Positions 1 to 8,980 of a stretch of 64,000 nucleotides of DNA are shown here, piece after piece. The translations under genes and the position numbers were made by a program. Every line of letters begins with the position of its first letter. Within the stretch, counting starts at the first letter, position 1. The DNA is taken from positions 27,029 through 91,028 of the forward strand of contig JBAYVA010000003.1 of assembly GCA_041674805.1 (NCBI GenBank). The letters are read 5' to 3'. The notes under the pieces were generated by a model. It was not told the DNA's origin. It saw only the letters and a list, made by a program, of their open reading frames with translations, and did no database searches. The DNA is from Candidatus Magasanikiibacteriota bacterium (lineage in GTDB: Bacteria > Patescibacteriota > Patescibacteriia > Magasanikbacterales > UBA922).

Positions 1-81
1 AGCAATACTGCCCAATCTTTTTTTGTTTACTACAATAAAAATGACTCCGAAACTTCTGTCGGTGGAAAAGCTGTCGCCAAT

Positions 82-1320
82 ATGAACTCACCAAAAGTAA
101 AGGTGGTAGCAACTACAGGTATCAGCCATGCTCAAGTTTTGAGTAAATGTTTTATAGATCATATCAACAATTCTCTTTGTGCAGGCAAAGGCGAAATAAT
201 GACTTCAGCCAAAATAACTACAGCCAATACTACAGCTTCACAAAATATTACAAAAAATAATATAGTAGCCAATGATCTAGAAATTTTACAACCAGATTTG
301 AAAATAAAGATACCTGGTGTCAATTTTTCTGAAGTAAATATAGACCAAATGAAAAGTACAGATAGTCTTGGTAATACCTGGCTAAACATTCCTTTTTTGG
401 GTGAATACATTGCCACAGTATATAAATATAGTATTGTTGTTATTTCTCTATTAGCTGTCATAGTCATTATCATAAGTGGCATAACTATAGTCGCAAGCGG
501 AGGCAACACTGATATACTAAATACAGCAAAAAAAAGAATTGTCGCTAGTGTTATAAGTATTATCGTCGCCACTACTTCTTACACCCTACTCTATCTAATA
601 AATCCCAACTTAGTAAATTTCAAAAGTTTAAAAATATTATATATAGCCTCAAAAGAATATCCAATAGAAGAAAATGAATACAATCAAATAGAAGCAGGTA
701 AAAAAATTACCATCAAAGAAGGTTGTGACATAATCTCCCCTACTTGGGACGAAAATTCCTTCAACTGTAGTCTATGGAATGCTGATAATGACAATTATCC
801 TGCAATGGGTGTTATAGAAGATAAATGTCTAGTAGAATATTCTTGTGAAAATATTTACGAAGATCTAAAAAATAAAAAACTAGCAAACATAAAAACTATA
901 GCCGAAATGGAAAAACCACTGTGCCAAGTAGCTCAATTGGCCAAACAAGCAGGTTACCAACTTGTTTTGACAACTTCTTTTAGAAAATTTAAAGATCAAG
1001 CAAATTCTTGGTGTACTTCTAAGTATCCTATCAACCAAAGAAGATCTTACAATGCTCTACCTGGCGGATCCAATCACGGACAAGGCATCGCAGTAGATCT
1101 TTTGCTAGCACAAAATTTCAAAGCACTAATGACTATCGATAGTAAAAAAATGTGTAATGTAGATGCACAACATATCAAATTGTTAGCAGACTTCTTGTAT
1201 CAAGCTGATCCAAAATTTGTGAGACTAGAAACAGAAATTTGGCATTTTGAATATAATACAGGCAAGCAAGCACTACGTGGTAAGTATGATTCTTATCCCG
1301 AAGCCAAAAATTGTAAATAA
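82..1320 (+). CDS. Membrane-anchored zinc D-Ala-D-Ala carboxypeptidase, peptidase M15 / VanY-like (LAS superfamily)
   Basis: Hydrophobic segment in the N-terminal half (VVISLLAVIVIIISGITIVA). The C-terminal domain carries the M15 motifs SNHGQGIAVD (SxHxxGxAxD) and EIWHFEY (ExWH). It sits 5 bp upstream of radA in the same direction. Confidence 0.65.
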   Translation: MNSPKVKVVATTGISHAQVLSKCFIDHINNSLCAGKGEIMTSAKITTANTTASQNITKNNIVANDLEILQPDLKIKIPGVNFSEVNIDQMKSTDSLGNTWLNIPFLGEYIATVYKYSIVVISLLAVIVIIISGITIVASGGNTDILNTAKKRIVASVISIIVATTSYTLLYLINPNLVNFKSLKILYIASKEYPIEENEYNQIEAGKKITIKEGCDIISPTWDENSFNCSLWNADNDNYPAMGVIEDKCLVEYSCENIYEDLKNKKLANIKTIAEMEKPLCQVAQLAKQAGYQLVLTTSFRKFKDQANSWCTSKYPINQRRSYNALPGGSNHGQGIAVDLLLAQNFKALMTIDSKKMCNVDAQHIKLLADFLYQADPKFVRLETEIWHFEYNTGKQALRGKYDSYPEAKNCK

Positions 1321-1325
1321 TTTTT

Positions 1326-2687
1326 ATGAAAAACGAATCTCAAACTTTCTTTATCTGTTCCAAATGTGACGCCCAATTTACCAAATGGTCTGGACGTTGT
1401 CTTGAATGTGGTTCTTGGGGTACAGTAAAAGAAGAAGAAAAAACTATTGATAAAAAAGAAAAAGCTAAAGCAAATTACAAAGCAACCGAAATAAAAAGTT
1501 TGTCACAAATTAGTAAACAAGAATTACAAAGAATCACTACCAAAATCTCAGAACTCGATAGAGTTCTCGGTAGTAGTGATACAACCGGACAAAACGCAGG
1601 CTTTGTTCCAGGTAGTCTTGTTCTTCTTGGTGGCGAACCTGGCATTGGTAAATCCACACTTTCTATTCAACTGGCTTCTCTCATCTCCCCTACTATTTAT
1701 ATTTCAGGTGAAGAATCTGTCGAGCAAATCAAGATGCGCGCCGACAGACTAAAAATAAAATCTGACAAACTATTTCTTGCCAACGAAACTAATATTGAAA
1801 CTATTTGCGCGACAATTGAAAAAGCCAAACCAACTATGGTTATTATTGATAGTATACAAACTATTTATTCAGAAGAAGTAGAAGGTGAACCAGGCAATAT
1901 CAACCAAATCCGCGCTTGTACTGCCAAACTACTCGAAGTAGCCAAAGCAACCAACACCACGATTATAATCATCGGACATGTCACCAAAGAAGGCACTGTT
2001 GCTGGTCCCAGAACTCTTGAGCACATGGTAGATACTGTACTTTATCTAGAAGGCGATAGACATCATAGTTATAGAATTCTTCGTACTGTCAAAAATCGTT
2101 TTGGTGCCACCGACGAAGTAGGAATTTTTGAGATGAATGAACTAGGTTTGCAAGCAGTCAAAAATCCTTCGGCATGTTTCTTGGAAGAACGCGAAGACAA
2201 TTCTCCAGGTAGTGTCATCACTTGTCTCATGGAAGGCACTAGACCAATGCTGATTGAAATCCAAGCATTAGTCAACAAAACTAGTTTTGGTTTTCCTGTC
2301 CGCAAAGCTAGTGGTTTTGATTTGAATAGATTACACGTTTTGACCGCTGTGCTACAAAAACGTGCTGGCCTCAATCTTGGTCAATATGACATTCATGTCA
2401 ATGTTGTAGGAGGTATTAGAGCCAGTGAACCAGCTGCTGACTTGGCCGTATGCCTCGCTATCGCCAGCTCATTTAAAGACAAAGAACTTGGCAAAGATTT
2501 AGTCGTATTTGGTGAAGTCGGTCTTGGTGGCGAAGTCCGTAGTATCGCCCAATTGGAAAAAAGAATCAAAGAAAGTCATGGACTTGGTATGAAAAGGGTC
2601 ATCACTCACTTAGGAAAAAATAAAAACAAAACTGATATCAAAATTATCGATGTGAAGAATATTGCGGAGTTGATAAGACAGACTTAA
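1326..2687 (+). CDS. radA: DNA repair protein RadA/Sms
   Basis: N-terminal C4 zinc finger (CSKCDAQF...CLECGSWG), Walker A GGEPGIGKSTL, the RadA-specific KNRFG motif (VKNRFGATDE) and a Lon-protease-like C-terminal domain. Confidence 0.9.
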   Translation: MKNESQTFFICSKCDAQFTKWSGRCLECGSWGTVKEEEKTIDKKEKAKANYKATEIKSLSQISKQELQRITTKISELDRVLGSSDTTGQNAGFVPGSLVLLGGEPGIGKSTLSIQLASLISPTIYISGEESVEQIKMRADRLKIKSDKLFLANETNIETICATIEKAKPTMVIIDSIQTIYSEEVEGEPGNINQIRACTAKLLEVAKATNTTIIIIGHVTKEGTVAGPRTLEHMVDTVLYLEGDRHHSYRILRTVKNRFGATDEVGIFEMNELGLQAVKNPSACFLEEREDNSPGSVITCLMEGTRPMLIEIQALVNKTSFGFPVRKASGFDLNRLHVLTAVLQKRAGLNLGQYDIHVNVVGGIRASEPAADLAVCLAIASSFKDKELGKDLVVFGEVGLGGEVRSIAQLEKRIKESHGLGMKRVITHLGKNKNKTDIKIIDVKNIAELIRQT

Positions 2688-2807
2688 AAATACCAAAAAT
2701 GCTTGAAAGGCCTGAAAAGCCAGAAAGGCTTAAAAGGTTCCTCTATCAAAAATTAAGTTGATAAAAAAATGTTACGTTCCACATTCCTCATTCCCCATTC
2801 CACAAAA

Positions 2808-2842
2808 AAACACTCCGCTTTTCAGCAGAGTGTTTTATTTTT
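2808..2842 (+). terminator. Rho-independent terminator downstream of radA
   Basis: Hairpin acactc-cgcttttcagca-gagtgt followed by ttttattttt. Confidence 0.5.
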
Positions 2843-2879
2843 AGAAGACAACCACTCGTTTAAGGTTTTCACCTTGCTT

Positions 2880-3240
2880 TGCCTTCAATCCAGACTAAGT
2901 CGGGATTAAAAATAAAGCGAGGTGCGAATGGTTGTCTGAGGAACAATGAATGTAGCGGACGGCCACCCGCTCCTCGGCCCCGACCGCGTTCAACCGCGAC
3001 GGGACACTCCGGCGGCGGCGCGAGCCACCGCCAACTCGAGACAGTCAGGGTTCAGAGCCCCCAGCTCGAGGAGACCATGCCGTCCGGTTTGGTACCAGAC
3101 AACAGGCACTCGAATGACTCGGCCAGACCCTTTACGGGCCCCGCCGAAGTCTGCCTCAATTTTATCACCATTGAATTTTTTTACTACTTTCAAGTTCTTC
3201 CCTCCGCCGGCCAAGATAGCCAGCATTTCTAAAAGAAACA
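2880..3240. ncRNA. GC-rich (~65% GC) island, candidate structured RNA of unresolved class (RNase P RNA or SRP RNA among the possibilities)
   Basis: About 350 nt of very high GC embedded in ~30% GC DNA and in an intergenic gap. The six-frame ORFs across it are Pro/Arg/Gly-rich and low-complexity, with no protein-like motifs. In this kind of genome such islands are typically structural RNAs. I could not match the tmRNA T-loop or the RNase P P4/CR-II consensus by eye. Confidence 0.35.
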
Positions 3241-3306
3241 TAGCACAAAAACAAAAAAAGTCAAGTATCCAACCTGGATAACTGACTTTTTTATTTTTTG
3301 TAAATC

Positions 3307-5649
3307 TTATTTTTTTACACCATTTTTCTTATTTTGAGTATGTGATCCTCTCAAATTATGCATCACATTACCATAAATAGCTGTCGGAAACAACAATTCA
3401 AGTACAGATTGAAAACCTTTGGAAGCCATCAAACGATCAAAATAATAACGTTTGTCATCTTCTTCTTTTTGTTTTTTCCAGAAAAAAGCAGTCTTATCAG
3501 CTGAAGGTGTATACACTTGTACTTCTTCATAACGTACTTCACCATTATCATCAGTATGCTTGATATAAAATTTAGCAAGTCTAATATCACCACCACCAGC
3601 AGCCCCTTTACTAGAAAATTTTTCTCCTTTCATAGGTGTTGGAGTATAAGATATTATTTGCACACCAGGCTGACCACTCATATGTTCTATAATATCTAAC
3701 ACAGGATCCATATCCGTGTAGGCTTTCAATCGTCCATCTATACGCAAATTCCTTGTACCAATATTTCTAATATAACTAAATGATTTTGGATCACTTGGAT
3801 TACTAGCTATTACCAAAGCCCTTCCAAAAATGTCTATTACTCTTCTAGGGTCATCATATCCTCTTTCTATCATTTTTCTATATAATGAATCTCTATCTTT
3901 AGTTCTACCCATTGTCTGTATCAAATATTTATCTTTCAAATTAGGAGCTTTTAATCTTCTCATACCAATTTTAGAACTTTCTTCATCTTCTATTGTATAT
4001 ATTTTTACATCTTGTAAATTTTTATTTTCATCAACAACATCTTTTGTCCAAATAAACTGTTGTGGTGGAGACATGAAATCGTTCCATAATTTATTAATAG
4101 GGCCCTTCGTAACTCTTTCTACAACACGATCATAATATTCATCAGTAGCAGTGTACAAATCTAATAAAGACAATTGACGTCTAGCTTCAAAAACTTGACG
4201 TTTTTTTTCTAATTTCATTTCTTCTGTACTATCAAAATTATCTTTCCAAGAATTGTCCCCAAATGGAAAAGCGCGTCTAATTAATTGTCCCAAAGAAGCG
4301 TCTGATACTTCATCAGTAGTCTCTACTGAATTACCATAATGATTATTATCATTACCGTTAATTCTTGGCGAAATGGCCTTTTGCACTAAATTTCTTAAAA
4401 AAACATTTATATTTTGTAATCTTGTATTTACATTTTCTTCGTTTATACCAAAAGACTCACAAAAAATTGATGCCAACAATTCATCAGGTAGATCTTTCAA
4501 AGCACCCAATTTTTTTCTCAAATCTTTTTTTTGATAAGCTGGTCCATTTCCTTTGTCTTTATCATCTGTCAATGCTTCTATAAACTTTTGTAATTTATCT
4601 AAAAAATGAGCTACTTTGTGATTTTTCTTTGCTATATCAAAAAAAACATCATAATCACCTTGTGTTTCTAACAAAGCATAAATAGTATGCAAGGCAGATT
4701 CTATATTAGATTCTTGTTTGGCAGGTCCCACTAATTCTTCTTCCAAATTACTAACTTCTATAGCAGTTTTGAAAGCTGACCAAAAATCATCATCACCATA
4801 ATGTGATTTCATCAAAGTACAAATATTTTGAAATTCTATTTGATGATTAAAAAAATTTGATGCTTGCAAAAATTTGTCAAAAGCAGAATCTATTTCTTTA
4901 CCACAAGGCTTTATCTGTGACAGATATTCATACAAAAGTTTTATTATAGATTGTCTTTTTTCAAGTTCTGCACTTTGAGATTTGTCAGCCAACTCGAAAA
5001 ATACATCGACAGCTTTTCTTTTATTTTCACCATCACGTAACACTTTTTCATCTTCTTTTTCGGACAAACGAAGATTACCCAATAATTCAACTTTTTTACC
5101 ATCTGAAAATTCTCCTTTGTCAGCATAAAGACTAGCCATCATCGACAAATCAAGATTATGAAATTTTTTTATTTTGTCTTCTTCTGGATCAATAGGGAAA
5201 GCTGTATTTGTTGGCAAAATTTTTGCAAAAAATAATTTTTGTTTTATATCTACATTTCCATTTTTTGTATCCAAAGTATAATCAATATTATGATCAAACT
5301 CTTGCAAACCCAAAACACGTAAATGTGTTTCTTCCAATACTTCACGCATAGCTGCAGCATGATATGTCTTATCAGTTTCGTCAACTTTTCCACCAACTGG
5401 CATTACTTGCCCAGAATTTTGCACACTTATACTATCTTTTTCTGCCCAAACAATAGTATTGAAAAGAAGACGTGTGAAATCAAAAGGTTTTTCTAGAGGT
5501 TTTTCTGATGTCTTTTCCTCTTGCATCTTTTGAATAATCTCCCACATTTCCTCCACAGATCTAGATTGCGCCAAAAAAACACGCACAACTTCTCTAGTTT
5601 CTTTTTCTTTAGAAGGTTCTTTTATTTCTGGTCTTAATACTTCTCCCAT
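3307..5649 (-). CDS. Multidomain protein: N-terminal Nudix-like hydrolase domain fused to a C-terminal RelA/SpoT-like (RSD) nucleotidyltransferase domain
   Basis: The N-terminal region has Nudix-fold strands and a degenerate Nudix box (GGKVDETDKTYHAAAMREVLEETHL). The C-terminal region has GRTKDRDSLYRKM (R-x-K...S...K) followed by VIDIFGRALVI (D-x-x-G-R) and a later EEVQVYT (compare EVQIRT of Rel/SAS). The probable true start is the ATG at 5649 (MGEVLRPEI); the ORF-track extension to 5724 is AT-rich and not protein-like. Confidence 0.6.
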   Translation of the reverse strand: MGEVLRPEIKEPSKEKETREVVRVFLAQSRSVEEMWEIIQKMQEEKTSEKPLEKPFDFTRLLFNTIVWAEKDSISVQNSGQVMPVGGKVDETDKTYHAAAMREVLEETHLRVLGLQEFDHNIDYTLDTKNGNVDIKQKLFFAKILPTNTAFPIDPEEDKIKKFHNLDLSMMASLYADKGEFSDGKKVELLGNLRLSEKEDEKVLRDGENKRKAVDVFFELADKSQSAELEKRQSIIKLLYEYLSQIKPCGKEIDSAFDKFLQASNFFNHQIEFQNICTLMKSHYGDDDFWSAFKTAIEVSNLEEELVGPAKQESNIESALHTIYALLETQGDYDVFFDIAKKNHKVAHFLDKLQKFIEALTDDKDKGNGPAYQKKDLRKKLGALKDLPDELLASIFCESFGINEENVNTRLQNINVFLRNLVQKAISPRINGNDNNHYGNSVETTDEVSDASLGQLIRRAFPFGDNSWKDNFDSTEEMKLEKKRQVFEARRQLSLLDLYTATDEYYDRVVERVTKGPINKLWNDFMSPPQQFIWTKDVVDENKNLQDVKIYTIEDEESSKIGMRRLKAPNLKDKYLIQTMGRTKDRDSLYRKMIERGYDDPRRVIDIFGRALVIASNPSDPKSFSYIRNIGTRNLRIDGRLKAYTDMDPVLDIIEHMSGQPGVQIISYTPTPMKGEKFSSKGAAGGGDIRLAKFYIKHTDDNGEVRYEEVQVYTPSADKTAFFWKKQKEEDDKRYYFDRLMASKGFQSVLELLFPTAIYGNVMHNLRGSHTQNKKNGVKK

Positions 5650-5825
5650 AAATATAACTAAATAATAATTTATAAATAAATTAAAATAACTAAATCCAAA
5701 TTTCAAATCAATAACAAATATCAAATTTTTTGATATTAATTCATTTAAATTTTGTTTGATATTTGGATTTTAAAATTTAGATTTTTTATTTTATCATTCC
5801 ACATTCCCCGTTCCTCATTCCTCAT

Positions 5826-8000
5826 TTATTCCAAATGTACACTCTTCTCCCACTCCCCCACTTTTTTCTTCAAACTAGGATATTTATCAAAATCCATACC
5901 ACGAGCCACATCACGAGCCAACTTAATAATATCATTATCTTTCATTGTTGCCAACTTCAAGTTCATCATACCACTTTGTGAAGTACCATAGACTGCACCA
6001 GGACCACGTACCTGCAAGTCATATTCCGCCAAAGCAAAGCCATCACTAGTATTCTCAAAAAATTCCAAACGTTCCTTACTTTTGGCAGAATTCTTGGCAG
6101 TAAACAGAAAACAATAAGATTGGTGACTACTTCTACCTACACGACCACGAAATTGATGAAGCTGAGCTAGCCCAAAATATTCCGCTCCTTCTATCATCAT
6201 CACACTAGCATTGGGAATATTTACTCCAACTTCGACAACAGAGGTAGAAACCAAAATGTCTATTTTGCCACTAGAAAAATCTTGCATAATTTCGTCTTTT
6301 TCAGCCGATTTCATTTTGCCATGCAAATAATCTACTTTGAGATCTGGAAATATTTTTTTGCTCAATTTTTCAAACTCTGCCAAAACTGATTTCTTTTCTT
6401 GACTACCAGTAAAACTATAATTTATTATTTCTATTTCATTTTCATCTTTTTCTTTTTCTTCAATCAACGGACAAATTACAAAGACTTGTCTTCCTTGCTT
6501 CACTTGTTCGCGAATAAAATCATAAGCTTTTTGTCTGTTACTATCTTCAACTAATCTTGTCTTAATTACTTTTCTGTCTTTTGGCATTTGCTTGATAATA
6601 GACAAATCCAAATCTCCATACATAGTAAGAGCAAAAGAACGTGGAATCGGCGTCGCGGTCATAGACAAGAAGTGAGGTGTGGTTTTCTTGTTGCCACTTT
6701 TTTCTTTGATTGTTTTTCTCTGCTCAACACCAAATCTATGTTGTTCATCGACAATGACTAATGCTAAATCTTTGAACTTTATTTTGTCAGACAATAAAGC
6801 ATGTGTACCAATGATAACATTCATTTCACCTAATTCTATTTTCTCTGATATTTCTTTCAAAGACAAACTATGTTTTTCAACATTATCTCCACCCATCTCT
6901 ATTTTATCTCTATTTATCTCTTTATCTTTATTTACAAATCTCATCGATCTAGTTAAAAGACAAACTCCAATATCATGCTCACTAAAAAGTGAAGTAAATG
7001 ATTCAAAATGTTGCTTTGCCAAAACTTCTGTCGGCGCCATAATAGCTACTTGATAATTATTGACTACCGTGTTCAAAGCTACCATCGCGGCTACGATTGT
7101 TTTTCCAGAGCCAACATCACCTTCTAGCAATCTATTCATTGGCGTGTTTTTTTCTAAATCTTGTATAATTTCCCAACTAGCAACTTTTTGATCACGAGTA
7201 AGTTCAAAAGGCAAAGAAGCTACAAAATCTTTGATAGTCTGTTCACTAAATTTTATTTTTGAAGCTTTGGAAACTTTGATAGCCTGACGCAACATCTCAG
7301 CACGCAATTGCAAAATAAATAACTCATCAAACTTGAGACGTTTTTGTGCAAATTTTATCTCATCTAAATTTTCAGGAAAATGTATAGCTCGGATAGCTTC
7401 ATTTAGTCCCATCACATCAGCCACGTCACGCACATCTTCTGGTACCCAATCCACTATATCTTCAATATAGTGAATAGCCTGACTCATAATAAAACGCAAT
7501 TGTTTTTGAGTAATTCCTGCTGTCAACGGATACATCGGCACAATCCTAGCCGTATTATTTGTACCCACATTCCTCATTCCTCCTTCCTCATTCCTCACTC
7601 TATCATAACTCGGGCTAACCATTTGTAAACCAAACATATCTGACTTCACTTTACCAGAAAAATATAATTCATCACCCACATGCAAAGTTTTACTAATAAA
7701 AGGCTGACCAAACCAGACAATTCGCAATCTTTCTTTACCATCAAAAACCAAAGCTTCTGTGATAAGTTTCCTACTTCTATGACTTCTTTTGGTATTTATC
7801 AATTCTATTTTAGCTTTGATAGTTACTTCTTGTCCTGTTTGCAAATTACTAATATCCAAAATTTCACTATAATCTTCATAACGAAACGGAAAATAAAACA
7901 ACAAATCTTCAATAGTTTCAATGCCAAGATAAGACAATCTTTTTTCAAGAGTCTTCCCTATTTTGTTTAGTTTGTTTACCTTAGTTTTTAGACCATTCAT
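5826..8000 (-). CDS. recG: ATP-dependent DNA helicase RecG
   Basis: N-terminal wedge/OB region, helicase motifs GDVGSGKT, DEQHRFGV and RGRVGR. It contains an in-frame insertion (RVRNEEGGMRNVG) encoded by a GAGGAATG repeat. Confidence 0.9.
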   Translation of the reverse strand: MNGLKTKVNKLNKIGKTLEKRLSYLGIETIEDLLFYFPFRYEDYSEILDISNLQTGQEVTIKAKIELINTKRSHRSRKLITEALVFDGKERLRIVWFGQPFISKTLHVGDELYFSGKVKSDMFGLQMVSPSYDRVRNEEGGMRNVGTNNTARIVPMYPLTAGITQKQLRFIMSQAIHYIEDIVDWVPEDVRDVADVMGLNEAIRAIHFPENLDEIKFAQKRLKFDELFILQLRAEMLRQAIKVSKASKIKFSEQTIKDFVASLPFELTRDQKVASWEIIQDLEKNTPMNRLLEGDVGSGKTIVAAMVALNTVVNNYQVAIMAPTEVLAKQHFESFTSLFSEHDIGVCLLTRSMRFVNKDKEINRDKIEMGGDNVEKHSLSLKEISEKIELGEMNVIIGTHALLSDKIKFKDLALVIVDEQHRFGVEQRKTIKEKSGNKKTTPHFLSMTATPIPRSFALTMYGDLDLSIIKQMPKDRKVIKTRLVEDSNRQKAYDFIREQVKQGRQVFVICPLIEEKEKDENEIEIINYSFTGSQEKKSVLAEFEKLSKKIFPDLKVDYLHGKMKSAEKDEIMQDFSSGKIDILVSTSVVEVGVNIPNASVMMIEGAEYFGLAQLHQFRGRVGRSSHQSYCFLFTAKNSAKSKERLEFFENTSDGFALAEYDLQVRGPGAVYGTSQSGMMNLKLATMKDNDIIKLARDVARGMDFDKYPSLKKKVGEWEKSVHLE

Positions 8001-8114
8001 ATTTATAGTTCCTAGTTCAGAGTTCTTAGTTCAAAGTTGTTATTTCTCATTTTCTATTTGTTAGTCCCCAAATATATTGTATCAAAAAACTCCCTCTTTG
8101 GGGAGTGTGCTTTG

Positions 8115-8186
8115 TGCTCTCGCTAAGAATCGAACTTAGATTATCAGTTCCGCAAACTGATGTCCTATCCATTGAACGACGGGAGC
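8115..8186 (-). tRNA. tRNA, probable tRNA-Arg (anticodon GCG by manual folding)
   Basis: The reverse complement folds as a cloverleaf. The acceptor stem is GCTCCCG/CGAGAGC with one C-A mismatch. D stem is GTTC/GGAC, anticodon stem TCAGT/ACTGA with loop TTGCGGA, T arm CTAAG-TTCGATT-CTTAG, discriminator A; CCA is not encoded. Confidence 0.55.
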
Positions 8187-8251
8187 CTTTCTAAAATTAT
8201 GGAAGGATTATAATACAAAATTGTGATTTTGTCAATAAAAAACAGCTAAAT

Positions 8252-8758
8252 CTAAAAAATTCGCCATCTTCTAGATATCATATCTGTAATAGGTTCTTCT
8301 TCCTTTTCTAGGTTTTCATCAATAAAAGAACGCAAAGTCATACGAATTTCATTTGGATCCATATCCATCAGAGGTATACGCAAAATAGGGCTAAAAGAAG
8401 ACAAACTTTCTATATACAAATTTTTTACAACTTCTTGTGGATTGTAAATAATATAAAAATCTTTCAATTCAGAATAAACATAAAATCTATCATTGACGAT
8501 TACTCCCAAATCAGTAATACGAAAAGGAATAATAATAGGATCTTGTTGTGATTGCAAAAAAATAATAACAGCAAACAAAACCAAAACCAAAGAAAACAAA
8601 AAACTCGCACTAAGTAAAGAATATATCAAAAAAATACCTCCCAAAACACCCATAAAAATATACCAGAATTTACTTCTTGTATATTTTTCATATTCCGCAA
8701 TACTCCACTCGTGTAATATTTCACCAATGTTTGGATTTTCTTCTAATTTTTTTGGCAT
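8252..8758 (-). CDS. Hypothetical membrane protein (two TM helices plus a soluble C-terminal domain)
   Basis: ORF with a hydrophobic N-terminal third (FWYIFMGVLGGIFLIYSLLSASFLFSLVLVLFAVIIF); no recognisable catalytic motifs. Confidence 0.45.
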   Translation of the reverse strand: MPKKLEENPNIGEILHEWSIAEYEKYTRSKFWYIFMGVLGGIFLIYSLLSASFLFSLVLVLFAVIIFLQSQQDPIIIPFRITDLGVIVNDRFYVYSELKDFYIIYNPQEVVKNLYIESLSSFSPILRIPLMDMDPNEIRMTLRSFIDENLEKEEEPITDMISRRWRIF

Positions 8759-8980
8759 ACTTTTTTATATAAAGTTATATACATATAATAGCATATTTAT
8801 TTTTTTTAGTCTATATATATTTTTAAAAAAAATCTAAAATCCTAAATCAAAAATCTAAATTATAATCAACTACCCCGCAGTCCCGACAAACTCAGGATTA
8901 AAATAATTTACTTATGATTTTAGATTCACAATAAAAAAACCTCCCAATAAAGAGAGGTCTTTTAAAATTTGAAATAACTA

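Noticed and set aside
2879-3281. Three overlapping ORFs (117, 111 and 83 aa) inside the GC-rich island
   Set aside because: They have Pro/Arg/Gly-rich low-complexity translations, overlap on both strands, lack any protein motif, and have composition unlike all real genes here. They are treated as an RNA-like island instead.
5650-5724. N-terminal extension (MIFVIDLKFGFSYFNLFINYYLVIF) of the Nudix-RSD ORF
   Set aside because: AT-rich and not protein-like; a proper ATG (MGEVLRPEI) at 5649 gives a sensible start.
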